DNA from: a virus
Lineage: Duplodnaviria; Caudoviricetes
Virus record (IMG/VR): IMGVR_UViG_2124908045_000001
Location: 1 to 57,022 of that record
Reading direction: 5' to 3' (one strand)
DNA: 57,022 nt
Shown one piece after another: positions 9,389-19,302 of this stretch. Both the position numbers and the translations under genes were made by a program. The notes beneath the pieces are model-generated. The model saw only the letters and a program-made list of their open reading frames with translations. It was not told the origin of the DNA and ran no database searches. Within the stretch, counting starts at the first letter, position 1, and the number at the start of each line of letters is the position of its first letter.

Positions 9389-9681
9389 AATACGGCCTTA
9401 CCACCCCATGCGATCAGTGCCCATTCCTTGAAACGGCAAGGCACGGTTTCACGCTGCGTCGCCTTTATGAACTGATTGGCGACGGCTCGTTTCACTGTCA
9501 CAAAACCGGAACCACAGACGAAGACAGCGGTGATTTCATCCCGACAGAGAGTAGCCACCATTGCGCTGGCGCCCTGATATTCTTGGAGAAGCGCGACAAA
9601 CCGCACCAAATGATGCGGATCGCGGAACGGCTTGGAATGTACGACCACACCAAGCTGGACATGCGCGCCAGTGTCCGATGA
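9385..9681 (+). CDS. Cys/His-rich conserved phage protein
   Basis: PCDQCPF...FHCHKT...HCAGALIFLEK. Confidence 0.7.
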   Translation: MKYGLTTPCDQCPFLETARHGFTLRRLYELIGDGSFHCHKTGTTDEDSGDFIPTESSHHCAGALIFLEKRDKPHQMMRIAERLGMYDHTKLDMRASVR

Positions 9682-9986
9682 ACAAAGACGAGCAATATAG
9701 CGTAAACCGTGGCAACACCGAGCATCCCGCGTGGGAAAATGCCCATTGGCTTCGCGCCAGCGATCTGGCCGGCTTTCACGTGATGTCTCTCGACAGCAAT
9801 GGCTCCACTGTCCTCAAGCATTCCAGCGCCATTCGCAGCCTCAAGGTGGACACTTTTGCGCTGGAAGCGGAAATGGCACGACTGCTCACCAGCAAGGAGT
9901 TGACCACGGACGCGCGGAAGCTGCTGGAGGCTGCACTGGAGGCGCAGAACACGGGCCGTCGTCCAGCTTTGGAGTGGTCCGTATGA
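9678..9986 (+). CDS. Hypothetical protein
   Basis: ATGA-coupled. Confidence 0.55.
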   Translation: MNKDEQYSVNRGNTEHPAWENAHWLRASDLAGFHVMSLDSNGSTVLKHSSAIRSLKVDTFALEAEMARLLTSKELTTDARKLLEAALEAQNTGRRPALEWSV

Positions 9987-10165
9987 CAACCGAGCAACAG
10001 CTTCAGCGCCTGCGCGATGAGATTGAATACCACCGCGCTAAAGCCAAGCAATTCCGAAAGCGCGCCGATGCGCAGGACAGACTGGGGGATGACAAGGTAA
10101 AGCTGGCGGCGGAGTTGGGCACGGGCGCGCTTCCACTGCTAGACCAAGCTGCACGTACTCAATGA
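9983..10165 (+). CDS. Small coiled-coil protein
   Basis: ATGA-coupled. Confidence 0.55.
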   Translation: MTTEQQLQRLRDEIEYHRAKAKQFRKRADAQDRLGDDKVKLAAELGTGALPLLDQAARTQ

Positions 10166-10596
10166 ACACCATGGCACAGCCTGAACAACTCCCATCCTTA
10201 ACGATTGGTGACACCTACTACCTGAAGCGCAACAAGGTAACGCGCCAGTGCGTGCTGCGCTCGGTAACGTTCACGCCTGGATTCACCCCTACAGCGAAAG
10301 TGGATTATTACGCCGATGGTGAACTGCTGACGTGCCGGCAGAGCGAATTACTGACCAAAGAGCAATACCAAGCCGACCTCAAGAAGCGACGCCAAGAGGC
10401 ATACGAGCGCGACGCCCCTAAACGACTGTCGGAAGCGACGGCCAAATACTCAGAAGTGGTGGCCCACTGGAACGCTGGCAGGCGCACCGCGAAAGAGATG
10501 TTCGAAACATCCAAGACCTGCACCGTGCGAGGTTGGGGCCAGATGATTGCAGCCGCGAAAAGCTGGAAGCTGATTCAGGAGGATGAAAAGCCATGA
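10162..10596 (+). CDS. Hypothetical protein
   Basis: ATGA-coupled. Confidence 0.65.
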   Translation: MNTMAQPEQLPSLTIGDTYYLKRNKVTRQCVLRSVTFTPGFTPTAKVDYYADGELLTCRQSELLTKEQYQADLKKRRQEAYERDAPKRLSEATAKYSEVVAHWNAGRRTAKEMFETSKTCTVRGWGQMIAAAKSWKLIQEDEKP

Positions 10597-10766
10597 TATG
10601 CACCCAATGTGAGCGAGATGTCGCCGAGTGTATCTGCGACGACCGTGGAGAGCGCCTGAAATCACTGATGAATAGCCCACACATTCATTTGGGTGATTAG
10701 TATCGCGAGCGCATCCAGAAGAACATCGACTCAGCGGAGCGTGGGGAGAAAGTGCGCGAGGAGTGA
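10593..10766 (+). pseudogene. Small Cys-rich ORF interrupted by an in-frame TAG at 10698
   Basis: Frame stays open after the TAG up to a TGA that overlaps the next gene's GTG. Confidence 0.4.
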
Positions 10767-11332
10767 CCAGCCACCAACTGATTAACCAAACGTCGGGTGA
10801 CGTGGAGTATTACACCGACCCGCGCATCATTGAGGCCGCGCGCCGAGTCATGGGCCGCATTGCTCTCGATCCGGCCAGTAGTGAAAAGGCGAATCAGTTC
10901 GTGAAAGCTGAAGCATGGTTCGGCCCGGAGGATCGATCATTGGAACGCGGGTGGGATGCGCCGCTTTGGCTGAATCACCCGTTCGGACGCAAAGAGCCAG
11001 CGTGCCCGGCTGGATGTACGAAGAAACACACGCACCACTCCATTGAATATTTCGGCAATGCAGCGTGGATTAACCGTCTGGTCTATTCACACAAAGATCG
11101 CTCTGTTGATGAAGCCTGCTGCATAACCTACGCCTGCACATCAGAGAAGTGGTTCCAACCATTGATGGAGTTCGCGCAATGCTTTCTTTGCCCGCGCACG
11201 AATTACTATCTCCCGGACGGCACAATCAAAAAAGGTGTTACCAAAGGCTCGGTAGTCACTTACCTCGGCCAAAACCTCAAGCAGTTCGTAAAAGAGTTCA
11301 CGCCGTTTGGTGCGGTGAAAGTGAAGGCGTGA
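10763..11332 (+). CDS. Phage DNA N6-adenine methyltransferase (Dam-like)
   Basis: EYYTD...IALDPAS...WLNHPFG (NPPY-like motif)...TSEKWFQ. Confidence 0.75.
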   Translation: MTSHQLINQTSGDVEYYTDPRIIEAARRVMGRIALDPASSEKANQFVKAEAWFGPEDRSLERGWDAPLWLNHPFGRKEPACPAGCTKKHTHHSIEYFGNAAWINRLVYSHKDRSVDEACCITYACTSEKWFQPLMEFAQCFLCPRTNYYLPDGTIKKGVTKGSVVTYLGQNLKQFVKEFTPFGAVKVKA

Positions 11333-11404
11333 AAGAGTTTTGGCGCGAACTGGTTGTCGCGTTGCTCGTGCTGGCAGCGCTCGCTATCGGTTATCGAATT
11401 GGGT

Positions 11405-13693
11405 TCAGGACGGGCAGCGCAACCCATCAAAAGGACTCCGCTCCACCGGAATTGCATACGCCATCAAGCCTCTGATTCTGCACGATCCTTTTATCGTCAG
11501 CCTGAATTGAAAGCTGTAGTCGATGTTGGTGGGCCGCTGCACATTGTCATTACAGAGCACAGGCGGAACCGGCATCGTCATCATGGCCCGATATTGCGGC
11601 AGATATTGTTGTTCGGGGTGATTGCAGGGCAGTAACGGGTTTGGCAACTCGCACTCATTCCGGGCGGCGCACTCCGTCCAACGGTTCCAGAAGATCCAGC
11701 ACGGGTAGCTGGAGGGACGGTATTCCAGATAGAAATCCACCGTGCCGCTGAGCCGATCAATCCACCATTCCATTGTTTCGAGCGTCTTCAGTTCAAAGGA
11801 GCCGCCGCCGCGGGAGCCAGACCAGTCGAAGGCTGGCGTCTCGAAGGACCAAGCGATGCGGTCTCCGCCCGGCGTTGTCTGCGTTCCGAAATCGGTCAGG
11901 GCATCTGCTGTCTGTTCCCATATTTGTATGTTCTGATCGAGATCACTCCAAACGATGGCGAAAGCCCGTTGTCGGCCACCGAAGTCGCCCTTGAGCAATT
12001 GCAGCACGTTCAGCCCCTCCCACGCGCCCTCCCACGCGGGCGGCAGCTTCTCGTTAATCGAGTTGAGCAAATCAAAGTTCAAGCTCGCCACGGCCTTGTG
12101 GGCGACGCCTGCGGGCGTCTGGTAGGGCAGTGCGGTCATGAGCAGCCGGTTGTCGAACTCAATCCCGGAGCAGAAGCGGAGCAACGCCTTGTCATCCAGC
12201 GGGAATAGCCGCTCCATCTCGTGCGAAATTGGCACGTTGCCTGGCCCGCTGTTGTAATACCGCAGCGCCTGCGAGAACGAGCGGGCACCGTCCGGACTGC
12301 GGTAATACATGTCGGCGTTGACGGTGACCACGGAACGATCTGACATGGTGCCGAAATTAATCTGCGCCACGCGCTGGATTGGTTCACTGAGCGTTGCCCA
12401 CGCGGCTCGTTCCGGCACCACGTTCGTGCTGTAGATGTTGCGGCGGGTGAAGGGCATCAACTGGCCTTCTCCCAGCGCGGTATCAAGGTTGGCCGGGTGC
12501 TTCAGGGCGCGAATGTTTCCGGCGTTGGAGGGAACCGTGAAAGCCCCACCAGAGACGGTGAAGGCGTTCTCCGTCATTTTGAGGATGGAATCGCGGTAGC
12601 CGTAGGCTGCACTGCCCGATGGGCCGCCCACGATGTCACCGGCCAGGTATTGCCGGCCATTGGCGAGCCAGATGCGCCCCATGTAGTAGTCCATTGCCTG
12701 CGCGGGGGGTAATTCTGCCGCGGTTTCCAGGTTCGCGCCTGCGACCACGTTGTTGCCGGGGGTGTCGGTGAGATTGATCAGGTACACTTGGTTGGCTCCA
12801 GCTGGCGGCAGTCCCACGGCGGTCAGATCCCAAAAGGCTCCCGTTAAGCCCGCGCTGCCAGCAACAATGGCCTGCGATGGCACCGGCCCCGTCCACGCGC
12901 TGCGTACCGGCACCGTAACGGAACCCCCCGAGGCGGGGATGACAAAGGATTGGTCGACGATGGTAGTGGCACCCCCCGGCAATGGGATCGTGTACGTCTG
13001 CCCCTCCTGCACCACGGCACCAGGTGGAACGGTGCTGCCGGGAAACAATGGCCCGGTGGCCATGAGGGTGACAAAATCGCCCGCACTGCCCACGGAGTAC
13101 GTTTTTCCGTTGATGTAAATGGTGTCACCAGCCTGTCCTGAAAACGGTGCGGTAAGGGTGACCAGCACGGTGGCACCAACGGCTGGAACCACGAAGTTGG
13201 CACCCACGACGCCAATTACCCGCGATGGGCCGAGACTGCGGCGCATGGTGTCGCCGTCCCAAAAAAGCGGGAGGGAAACACCGTCCTGGATAACAAGGAA
13301 CTCCTCACCTTGCACCGCCCATCCTTGGTCAATAGTTGCCGGATTCGGATCGCCCGGAATGGTAATCTCTGTAGTGACAGCCGGACTCACGTCCACGACC
13401 GTTTTGAACGTGCGCCCCGCGATTTGCGTTACGATGTACGGGAACTCTGCCACGTGCGGCTCATACATCCAACCGATCTGGTAAAGGCCAACAATGGGAA
13501 GGGTGGTGATGTATTCGAGGCCGGGGCGTGGCTCAATGCCGCCCTCTCTGAAGCTGCAATTGTTGGCCCACGCACACGAATTCGGCTTCAGGCCGTTGGG
13601 GTTGGCGGCGGAGGCGATGAGTGGCACGCGCCCAGAGTCGACGCCCCCCGAAAAATCCATCATGCCAAAAGACATGCGAACCGAACTTGCCAT
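11405..13693 (-). CDS. Tail nozzle / head-closure (DNA stabilisation)-like virion protein
   Basis: 762 aa; DFSGGV start, beta-propeller-like body, FQFRLTIKG C-terminus typical of podovirus tail tube B/gp10. Confidence 0.6.
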   Translation of the reverse strand: MASSVRMSFGMMDFSGGVDSGRVPLIASAANPNGLKPNSCAWANNCSFREGGIEPRPGLEYITTLPIVGLYQIGWMYEPHVAEFPYIVTQIAGRTFKTVVDVSPAVTTEITIPGDPNPATIDQGWAVQGEEFLVIQDGVSLPLFWDGDTMRRSLGPSRVIGVVGANFVVPAVGATVLVTLTAPFSGQAGDTIYINGKTYSVGSAGDFVTLMATGPLFPGSTVPPGAVVQEGQTYTIPLPGGATTIVDQSFVIPASGGSVTVPVRSAWTGPVPSQAIVAGSAGLTGAFWDLTAVGLPPAGANQVYLINLTDTPGNNVVAGANLETAAELPPAQAMDYYMGRIWLANGRQYLAGDIVGGPSGSAAYGYRDSILKMTENAFTVSGGAFTVPSNAGNIRALKHPANLDTALGEGQLMPFTRRNIYSTNVVPERAAWATLSEPIQRVAQINFGTMSDRSVVTVNADMYYRSPDGARSFSQALRYYNSGPGNVPISHEMERLFPLDDKALLRFCSGIEFDNRLLMTALPYQTPAGVAHKAVASLNFDLLNSINEKLPPAWEGAWEGLNVLQLLKGDFGGRQRAFAIVWSDLDQNIQIWEQTADALTDFGTQTTPGGDRIAWSFETPAFDWSGSRGGGSFELKTLETMEWWIDRLSGTVDFYLEYRPSSYPCWIFWNRWTECAARNECELPNPLLPCNHPEQQYLPQYRAMMTMPVPPVLCNDNVQRPTNIDYSFQFRLTIKGSCRIRGLMAYAIPVERSPFDGLRCPS

Positions 13694-13731
13694 TGCGTGA
13701 AGCTAGGGATTGCGCGGAATGACGTAAAGGA

Positions 13732-13759
13732 TTGACGCTCACCAGCTACATTTTATGAT
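13732..13759 (+). promoter_or_regulatory. Sigma70-like promoter for the endonuclease-terL unit
   Basis: TTGACG-16-TATGAT just before ATG 13766. Confidence 0.55.
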
Positions 13760-13765
13760 TGCCGA

Positions 13766-14419
13766 ATGAACCATTGCAAGTTGTGCAAAACCCCCACCAA
13801 GAACAGAGTGTTTTGCAGCGCGCGGTGTAATGGACTGTGGGTGACAACAACCCCGGAAGGCCGCGCACGGTTTTATACGGCGGAGCGCGGGATAAAAATC
13901 GCAGCAGGGCGCAAGGAAACTTTCCGCAAAGACCCGGAGCGTTACGCAGTTATGCGCCGCGCCCAAAGTGAGGCAATGGATCGCTACATGAATTCTCTCA
14001 CTCCGGCTCAGAAAGAGCAACGCCGGGCGAACATGAGTAGAATCCTAAAAGAGATTGGGCACAAGCCATCCATACGCGGGGGCAATGGCACTGGCCCTAC
14101 AGCCGCTGAGCAATTACTGCTGAACGCATTTCCAAAAGCGAAGAACAATTACCCGATCCGCACTGGTATGAAAGCAGGGAGCGGTTATCCGACGTGCTAC
14201 AAGGTGGATTTGGGGTTCCCGGGTATCAGGCTCGCCATTGAAGCGGACGGGAACTCTCACAAGCTGATGGAGCGACGCGAACAAGACGTGAAGAAAACAG
14301 AATTTCTGACGCGCATCGGCTGGATCGTGATGCGGTTTACTAACAAGAGAATCATGGAGGACACGGAAAGAGTGACAGAAGAACTGCGCTCTGTGATGTT
14401 GAGGCTTAATGGTTGCTGA
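13766..14419 (+). CDS. Homing-type endonuclease (DUF559/Vsr-like C-terminal domain)
   Basis: TAAEQLL...YKVDLG...LAIEADGNSH...GWIVMRF; N-terminal Cys motif. Confidence 0.8.
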   Translation: MNHCKLCKTPTKNRVFCSARCNGLWVTTTPEGRARFYTAERGIKIAAGRKETFRKDPERYAVMRRAQSEAMDRYMNSLTPAQKEQRRANMSRILKEIGHKPSIRGGNGTGPTAAEQLLLNAFPKAKNNYPIRTGMKAGSGYPTCYKVDLGFPGIRLAIEADGNSHKLMERREQDVKKTEFLTRIGWIVMRFTNKRIMEDTERVTEELRSVMLRLNGC

Positions 14420-16229
14420 CCTGTACGATCTGAACTGGCCTGCTGGCACTACGCAACTCAATCGCGAGATGTGGTTCATCCAGCATGGAGGCTTGCACAC
14501 CAAGAAAACGGGTGCCGTTGTTGGGGCGGGATTGAGTCAGCATTTTCACCGGATGAGACAAATCATCTGGCCGGAATTGGACGACGAAAACAACGGGCAG
14601 CGCTGGCACAAGCTGTGCCGGGATACGATCTGCGCTTGCCCTATTGTCTGCCTGATGGGGCCGGCGAGTGTCGCTAAAACTCATGAAGCAGCTTGGTGGG
14701 CGTTGTGTGATTGGATGTGCTTTCCGAAGGACACTTGCGTTCTGGTGTCTTCCACGGACATGCGCGGGTTGCGGCTGCGGGTGTGGGGTGAAATCGCCTC
14801 CTTATGGGAGCGGGCCGTTGAGCGTTTCCCGGAATTGCCAGGCCATATGATTGATTCCAAGCTGGCAATCACAGAGGAGAGCGTGCTGGACGCTGAGGGC
14901 GAACTGAACGACCGCACGGCGCGCGATTTTCGTTCGGCGATTATCGGGATACCGACGATCCAGGGCGGCAAATTTGTGGGCATCGGGAAATTTCTGGGGA
15001 TTAAGCAAAAGCGCGTTCGGCTGATTGGAGATGAACTCGCACAAATGGGAGGTTCGTTTTTGGCTGGCCTGTCTAATCTTTCCAAGAATCCCGATTTCAA
15101 AGCGATCCTGATCGGAAACCCGAACGATCCGCTAGACTGCTTGGGGCGCGCCGCCGAACCGAAAGACGGATGGGATGGTCACATGGAGCCGGAACGCACC
15201 GAGGTGTGGGATACACGCTTCATGGATGGCAAGTGCATAAATTTGCTTGGGACGGATTCGCCAAATAACGACTTCCCAGAAGACAAGAAACCCCGTTTCC
15301 CGTACCTAATCCACAAGCGCAAGATTGATGAGACGGCGGCGTTTTTTGGCCGCGACAGTTACGAATTTTATTCGCAGTCAGTGGGCGCAATGAAGATCGC
15401 CACGCTATCGCGCCGCATTCTCACGCGGCGGTTATGTGAAGACAACGACGCACTCTTACCGCATTGTGATTGGGAAGGAAGCGAGCGGATTAAGATCGCT
15501 GGGCTTGATGCAGCGTATGGGGGTGATCGCACTGTGTTTATCGCTGCCGAGTTTGGGAAAGCCGTGGACGGCAAAATCCGTTTGCTCCTTTCACCGCCTG
15601 CGCTTGTGCCTGTCTCGCCGCGCTCGCCACTCGAACCGGAAGACCAAATAGCAGCCTTTGTGAAGCGGGAATGTGAAGGCTTGGGGATTCCGCCGCGCAA
15701 TTTCGCACACGATTCAACCGGCAAAGGTTCACTCGGTACCGCGCTGGCGCGCGCTTGGTCTGCGGAGTGCAACCCGATTGAATTCGGCGGGGTTCCCAGC
15801 AAACGGCCCGTGTCGCTGGATCATTTCATCCTGGATCGCGCAACCAATCAACGGCGCTTAGTGTTGTGTGATGAATTTTATACGCACCGGATCGCTGAAT
15901 TGTGGTTCAGCGTGCGGTTCGCCATTGAAGCCGGCCAGGTGCGCGGATTAACACCCGACACGATGGATGAGGGCTGCATGAGGGAGTGGCGGCAGGAGAA
16001 GAATGATCGGCGCAGTGTTGAGACAAAAAGTGAAATGAAAGTGCGCCTCGGACGCTCCCCCGATCTCATGGACGCTGTGGCAATCGTGGTCGAGATGGCC
16101 CGCCGCCGTGGCTTCCAAATCTCCAAGCTCGCCAACGAGTCATCGCAGTCCACTTCCCTCCAATGGTTCACCGACCTCGCCCGCGAGCAGAAGAAGCTGA
16201 GCCGGGAGCGTGAGCTAGTAAGGGTTTAA
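14409..16229 (+). CDS. terL: Terminase large subunit
   Basis: Walker A-like GPASVAKT, Walker B LIGDE, IGNP, nuclease GLDAAYGGD and GRSPDLMDA. Confidence 0.9.
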   Translation: MVADLYDLNWPAGTTQLNREMWFIQHGGLHTKKTGAVVGAGLSQHFHRMRQIIWPELDDENNGQRWHKLCRDTICACPIVCLMGPASVAKTHEAAWWALCDWMCFPKDTCVLVSSTDMRGLRLRVWGEIASLWERAVERFPELPGHMIDSKLAITEESVLDAEGELNDRTARDFRSAIIGIPTIQGGKFVGIGKFLGIKQKRVRLIGDELAQMGGSFLAGLSNLSKNPDFKAILIGNPNDPLDCLGRAAEPKDGWDGHMEPERTEVWDTRFMDGKCINLLGTDSPNNDFPEDKKPRFPYLIHKRKIDETAAFFGRDSYEFYSQSVGAMKIATLSRRILTRRLCEDNDALLPHCDWEGSERIKIAGLDAAYGGDRTVFIAAEFGKAVDGKIRLLLSPPALVPVSPRSPLEPEDQIAAFVKRECEGLGIPPRNFAHDSTGKGSLGTALARAWSAECNPIEFGGVPSKRPVSLDHFILDRATNQRRLVLCDEFYTHRIAELWFSVRFAIEAGQVRGLTPDTMDEGCMREWRQEKNDRRSVETKSEMKVRLGRSPDLMDAVAIVVEMARRRGFQISKLANESSQSTSLQWFTDLAREQKKLSRERELVRV

Positions 16230-16341
16230 GTTGCAGCGCGGTCATAAGCTCACTTCGGCCCTTTCAACCCGCACACAATCACCAGCACGCCCAGAAGCAC
16301 GGCGGGGATGATGAGGAGCACGAGAGTGATATGTTCGATGG

Positions 16342-16593
16342 TCATGCCGCCCCACTTGCTTCTGGCCGGGCCTTGTTCCTGGCATTCACAATCAGGCGCA
16401 CATGGGCGCGCAGAGCGGTCAAATCCCCCTCCTGCACGGCAAGCTCAGCGGCGGCAAAGAGATCGTTGTAGGCCGCGGCCTGCGCGCGGAGCACGGCAGC
16501 GGTTTCATTGTACATCGCGGCAACGCGGGGTTGCTTGGAGAGTTTGGCTGAAGCCTCAAACATGAGAGCGCGGGTTTCGGTGTCGATAATCAT
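16342..16593 (-). CDS. Hypothetical protein
   Basis: Helical ORF in the leftward early cluster. Confidence 0.55.
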   Translation of the reverse strand: MIIDTETRALMFEASAKLSKQPRVAAMYNETAAVLRAQAAAYNDLFAAAELAVQEGDLTALRAHVRLIVNARNKARPEASGAA

Positions 16594-16691
16594 AATCCGG
16601 GATCGAATTCTGCAAAGCCTTCCGGCCATTCGAGATGTTCAAGGCAGCGGTTGCCCTGCCAATAGACGGGGAAGAAACAATCCACCAGTGC

Positions 16692-17225
16692 TCATTGAAT
16701 TTCCCTCAACGCTTCGATTTCCTCAGCCGTGAAAAACTGATTGAGCCGCTTGCTGAACGCCGAGCATCGCCGGAAGGTTTGCAGCGCATTGATCGAGTCT
16801 TCGCTCTCGCCAAACTCTGAGCACCAATCGGCAAAAGTCTCAGCGCAATAGGTGTCGCCAGAGATGCAGACGAGCACGTCGTAAACGGTTGGATGTCCCG
16901 GCATCTTTTCGGGCTGTCCCGCCGGATAAAACGCTGGCGGAGTGGTTCGCTTGAACTCCGCCAGTTTCTCCGCGTTAGTGATGGAGCCGAAGAAATCGAA
17001 GGTTATGCGTGCTGGCTTGCGCTGATGACGGCCAAGAAAGTTAGCGTACACCGCTTCAGTCTGTTCGTCCTTGCTCAACGTGACGCGGTAATGATGCCGC
17101 TGGCCTTTGCTCTCGTCACCCCACGGCGCAACCTTGCTGTCGCTGAGTGTGCAGCGGAACTTGATCCCGAAGCGGTCAAGGAAGGCTTGGGCTTGTTGTT
17201 CGTAATTGGTGGTTTCTGTTTTCAT
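16692..17225 (-). CDS. Conserved phage early hypothetical protein
   Basis: HYRVTL...FDFFGS...PTVYDVL...TFADWCSEFG. Confidence 0.75.
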   Translation of the reverse strand: MKTETTNYEQQAQAFLDRFGIKFRCTLSDSKVAPWGDESKGQRHHYRVTLSKDEQTEAVYANFLGRHQRKPARITFDFFGSITNAEKLAEFKRTTPPAFYPAGQPEKMPGHPTVYDVLVCISGDTYCAETFADWCSEFGESEDSINALQTFRRCSAFSKRLNQFFTAEEIEALREIQ

Positions 17226-17278
17226 GTTTCAATTTGCCGTTTAGCGCGTGGCGCCCGCGTTTGTTTACTGCGTTGAAA

Positions 17279-17635
17279 TTAACTCATTTCGATCTGTTTC
17301 AGCAATGGGGGTGAAATACGTAAGGGCAGGGAGAACGAGCCAAGCCCGGTCAGCCGGGAAGCGCCTCTCACCGTCATTCCTTCCACCAACAACCCGGTGA
17401 CAAGGGCGGCTTGTTCTATGGGCACACGCAGGTTGCCTAGCGGGCGCAGCGAAGTATCCGACAGAACTGTGTCGCACACTTTGCATTTGAGCCGTTGAAT
17501 CCTGTTTCCGTCCCGGAAATACGTGCCGAATTTCTGGAACGCTTCTGAACCGCATTTGCATCGCAAGCTTGCCTTTCCATTCGGGAAAAAGTAGCGTGAT
17601 GCCGTACTGTAAGGTATGCGGCTCACACGGCTCAA
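17279..17635 (-). pseudogene. IS1-family transposase N-terminal fragment (Zn ribbon + HTH), no DDE domain
   Basis: CKC...KFG...QRLKCKVC...LVEGMTVRGASRLTG. Confidence 0.7.
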
Positions 17636-17860
17636 CCCGTGTTGGTTGCGCTCCGCGAGCGTTGACGCGCTCTCGGAGCTTGTTCTTTGTTGTTAGTGCC
17701 GGGATCGGGATTTGGACCCGAATCTCATGCTTAGTAGGCGCGTGTTCTATCCAATTGAACTATCCCGGCGTTGTTGCAGGGCTGGACAGGTAAGTCCCGT
17801 GTGAGACGCGAATCGCAAATGAGCGTCCGTTGTCCCCGTCCAGCCCTGCTAAATCGAGTT

Positions 17861-18211
17861 TCATTCCTTCAAAAATACTTTGCCGCCTTCCGTTCGGAAC
17901 CGCATCCCGTTGCGCTTGGTCGCCAAATGCACGGAGCTACGCCCGATATGGGTCGCGTCGGAAATCTCCCGCAGCGTGCACCCTTCCGGGTGGGAGCGCA
18001 GAAGCGAGATGATCCTTTCTTCATTGTTCCCCTTCTTGCGCCCCCGGCTCTCATCGCGCGACTCATTAAGCTGCGTGCGTATCGCGGCAATCTGCCCGTC
18101 CAACTCCCGCAACTGAGCAGCCAGCGGTGCGCGCTCGCCCTCCAGCGTGGCCAGCATCCTTTCCGCGATGCGGCGGTCCACCTGCAAATTTATGCTCTTC
18201 ATCCCCGGCAT
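17861..18211 (-). CDS. Coiled-coil + winged-HTH regulator
   Basis: CTLREISDATHIGRSSVH helix-turn-helix. Confidence 0.65.
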   Translation of the reverse strand: MPGMKSINLQVDRRIAERMLATLEGERAPLAAQLRELDGQIAAIRTQLNESRDESRGRKKGNNEERIISLLRSHPEGCTLREISDATHIGRSSVHLATKRNGMRFRTEGGKVFLKE

Positions 18212-18280
18212 TGTTCATCATGTGTCGCGGTATGTCCATAATTTAAAATGTCACGCTGATGTTTGTGTCCAGAATAGGCA

Positions 18281-18308
18281 TTGACGCCGGGTGGACGGCC
18301 ATTATGCT
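18281..18308 (+). promoter_or_regulatory. Sigma70-like promoter divergent from the HTH gene
   Basis: TTGACG-16-TATGCT; TGTCACGC at 18249. Confidence 0.5.
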
Positions 18309-18377
18309 GGACGCCGTTATGTTCAGGAGGGCGGAGAGCGCGGCGTGATGGGCCGAACACGTGCGGCGCGAGGACAG

Positions 18378-18430
18378 AAAAAGCACCGGCCAGCGGGTAA
18401 TAATTGCTTTGCAGGCAACCCGCTGGCCGG
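18378..18430 (-). terminator. 13-bp stem hairpin with a T run on the minus strand
   Basis: CCGGCCAGCGGGT (18386-98) / ACCCGCTGGCCGG (18418-30). Confidence 0.5.
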
Positions 18431-18621
18431 AAGGCATCCATTGGATGCTGCTTCCTTTTAGCTTCAGGCGCGGGTGCCATCAATGCTAAAGTCCATTCGC
18501 GGTAAATGGCGCGCACCCAAAAAGCTGCCGACGACGCCTTTATGCAACGATGGTACATTCAGGACAACCAGCTTGACTCCATTGACCGTGGACTGCGTGA
18601 ACTCAACCGGAGATTCCGCTG

Positions 18622-18816
18622 ATGTTTTGGATCTGCTTGGCCTTGGGATTTCTCGTGCTGCCGTTCACACGCAATGGCCACAAGGATTTAGACGAACTAC
18701 AGGAAAGGGGAGCACCCGTTCTCGGTATGCTCATCGGGATTTGGATGCTGGGTTTTGTGGCGTGGCTCGCGCTGCAAGCGTTGTGGGCTGTTTGGGAATA
18801 TTGGCGGTCTCCTTAA
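18622..18816 (+). CDS. Small two-TM membrane protein
   Basis: Two hydrophobic segments. Confidence 0.5.
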   Translation: MFWICLALGFLVLPFTRNGHKDLDELQERGAPVLGMLIGIWMLGFVAWLALQALWAVWEYWRSP

Positions 18817-18846
18817 GGGGTGGCTCATCCATGTCGCTACGCCGGG

Positions 18847-19302
18847 ATGAGTGACGTTCCACAATCGTTTGCAGCAAGGCTCCAAGCGTGGCTATGCAGG
18901 CGGTGGCTGGAAGTAGTGACAATAATGTTTGCAGGCTCAGCCACGCTACCTGCAAAACGCTTTGGGGATGCTCTATTTGATCGCGCCGAAAGTACTCTTG
19001 GAAAAACCAACACAGCACTATTATTTTCGTGGCTTCTCTTAACAGCCGCATACTTCGGTGTTCTTTCATGGCGAAGGAAAAAGGAGAAGCCGGAGACGGT
19101 GCGCACGATTGAAGGAATCGACTTTCGTTGCGGGCCGCGCACGCTCAATAAATGGGTGCCATGCTGTCCTAATTGCGATGTGGAATTGCGCCCACGTTGG
19201 GACTCGCACGAGTCCTTGGACTGTCCCGTCACATGCGGCTGGCGCTCCGTACTGCGGCCAGATCAATTGCTTGCCATTGTGATGGAAATCAACGGTCGTT
19301 AG
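18847..19302 (+). CDS. Membrane protein with C-terminal Zn ribbon (possible exclusion/immunity)
   Basis: TM segments; PCCPNC...CPVTCGW. Confidence 0.55.
   Translation: MSDVPQSFAARLQAWLCRRWLEVVTIMFAGSATLPAKRFGDALFDRAESTLGKTNTALLFSWLLLTAAYFGVLSWRRKKEKPETVRTIEGIDFRCGPRTLNKWVPCCPNCDVELRPRWDSHESLDCPVTCGWRSVLRPDQLLAIVMEINGR

Noticed and set aside
10698-10700. Genome-wide TAG recoding
   Set aside because: TAG ends several clear genes (3754, 41750, 48111, 50100) and long genes are uninterrupted
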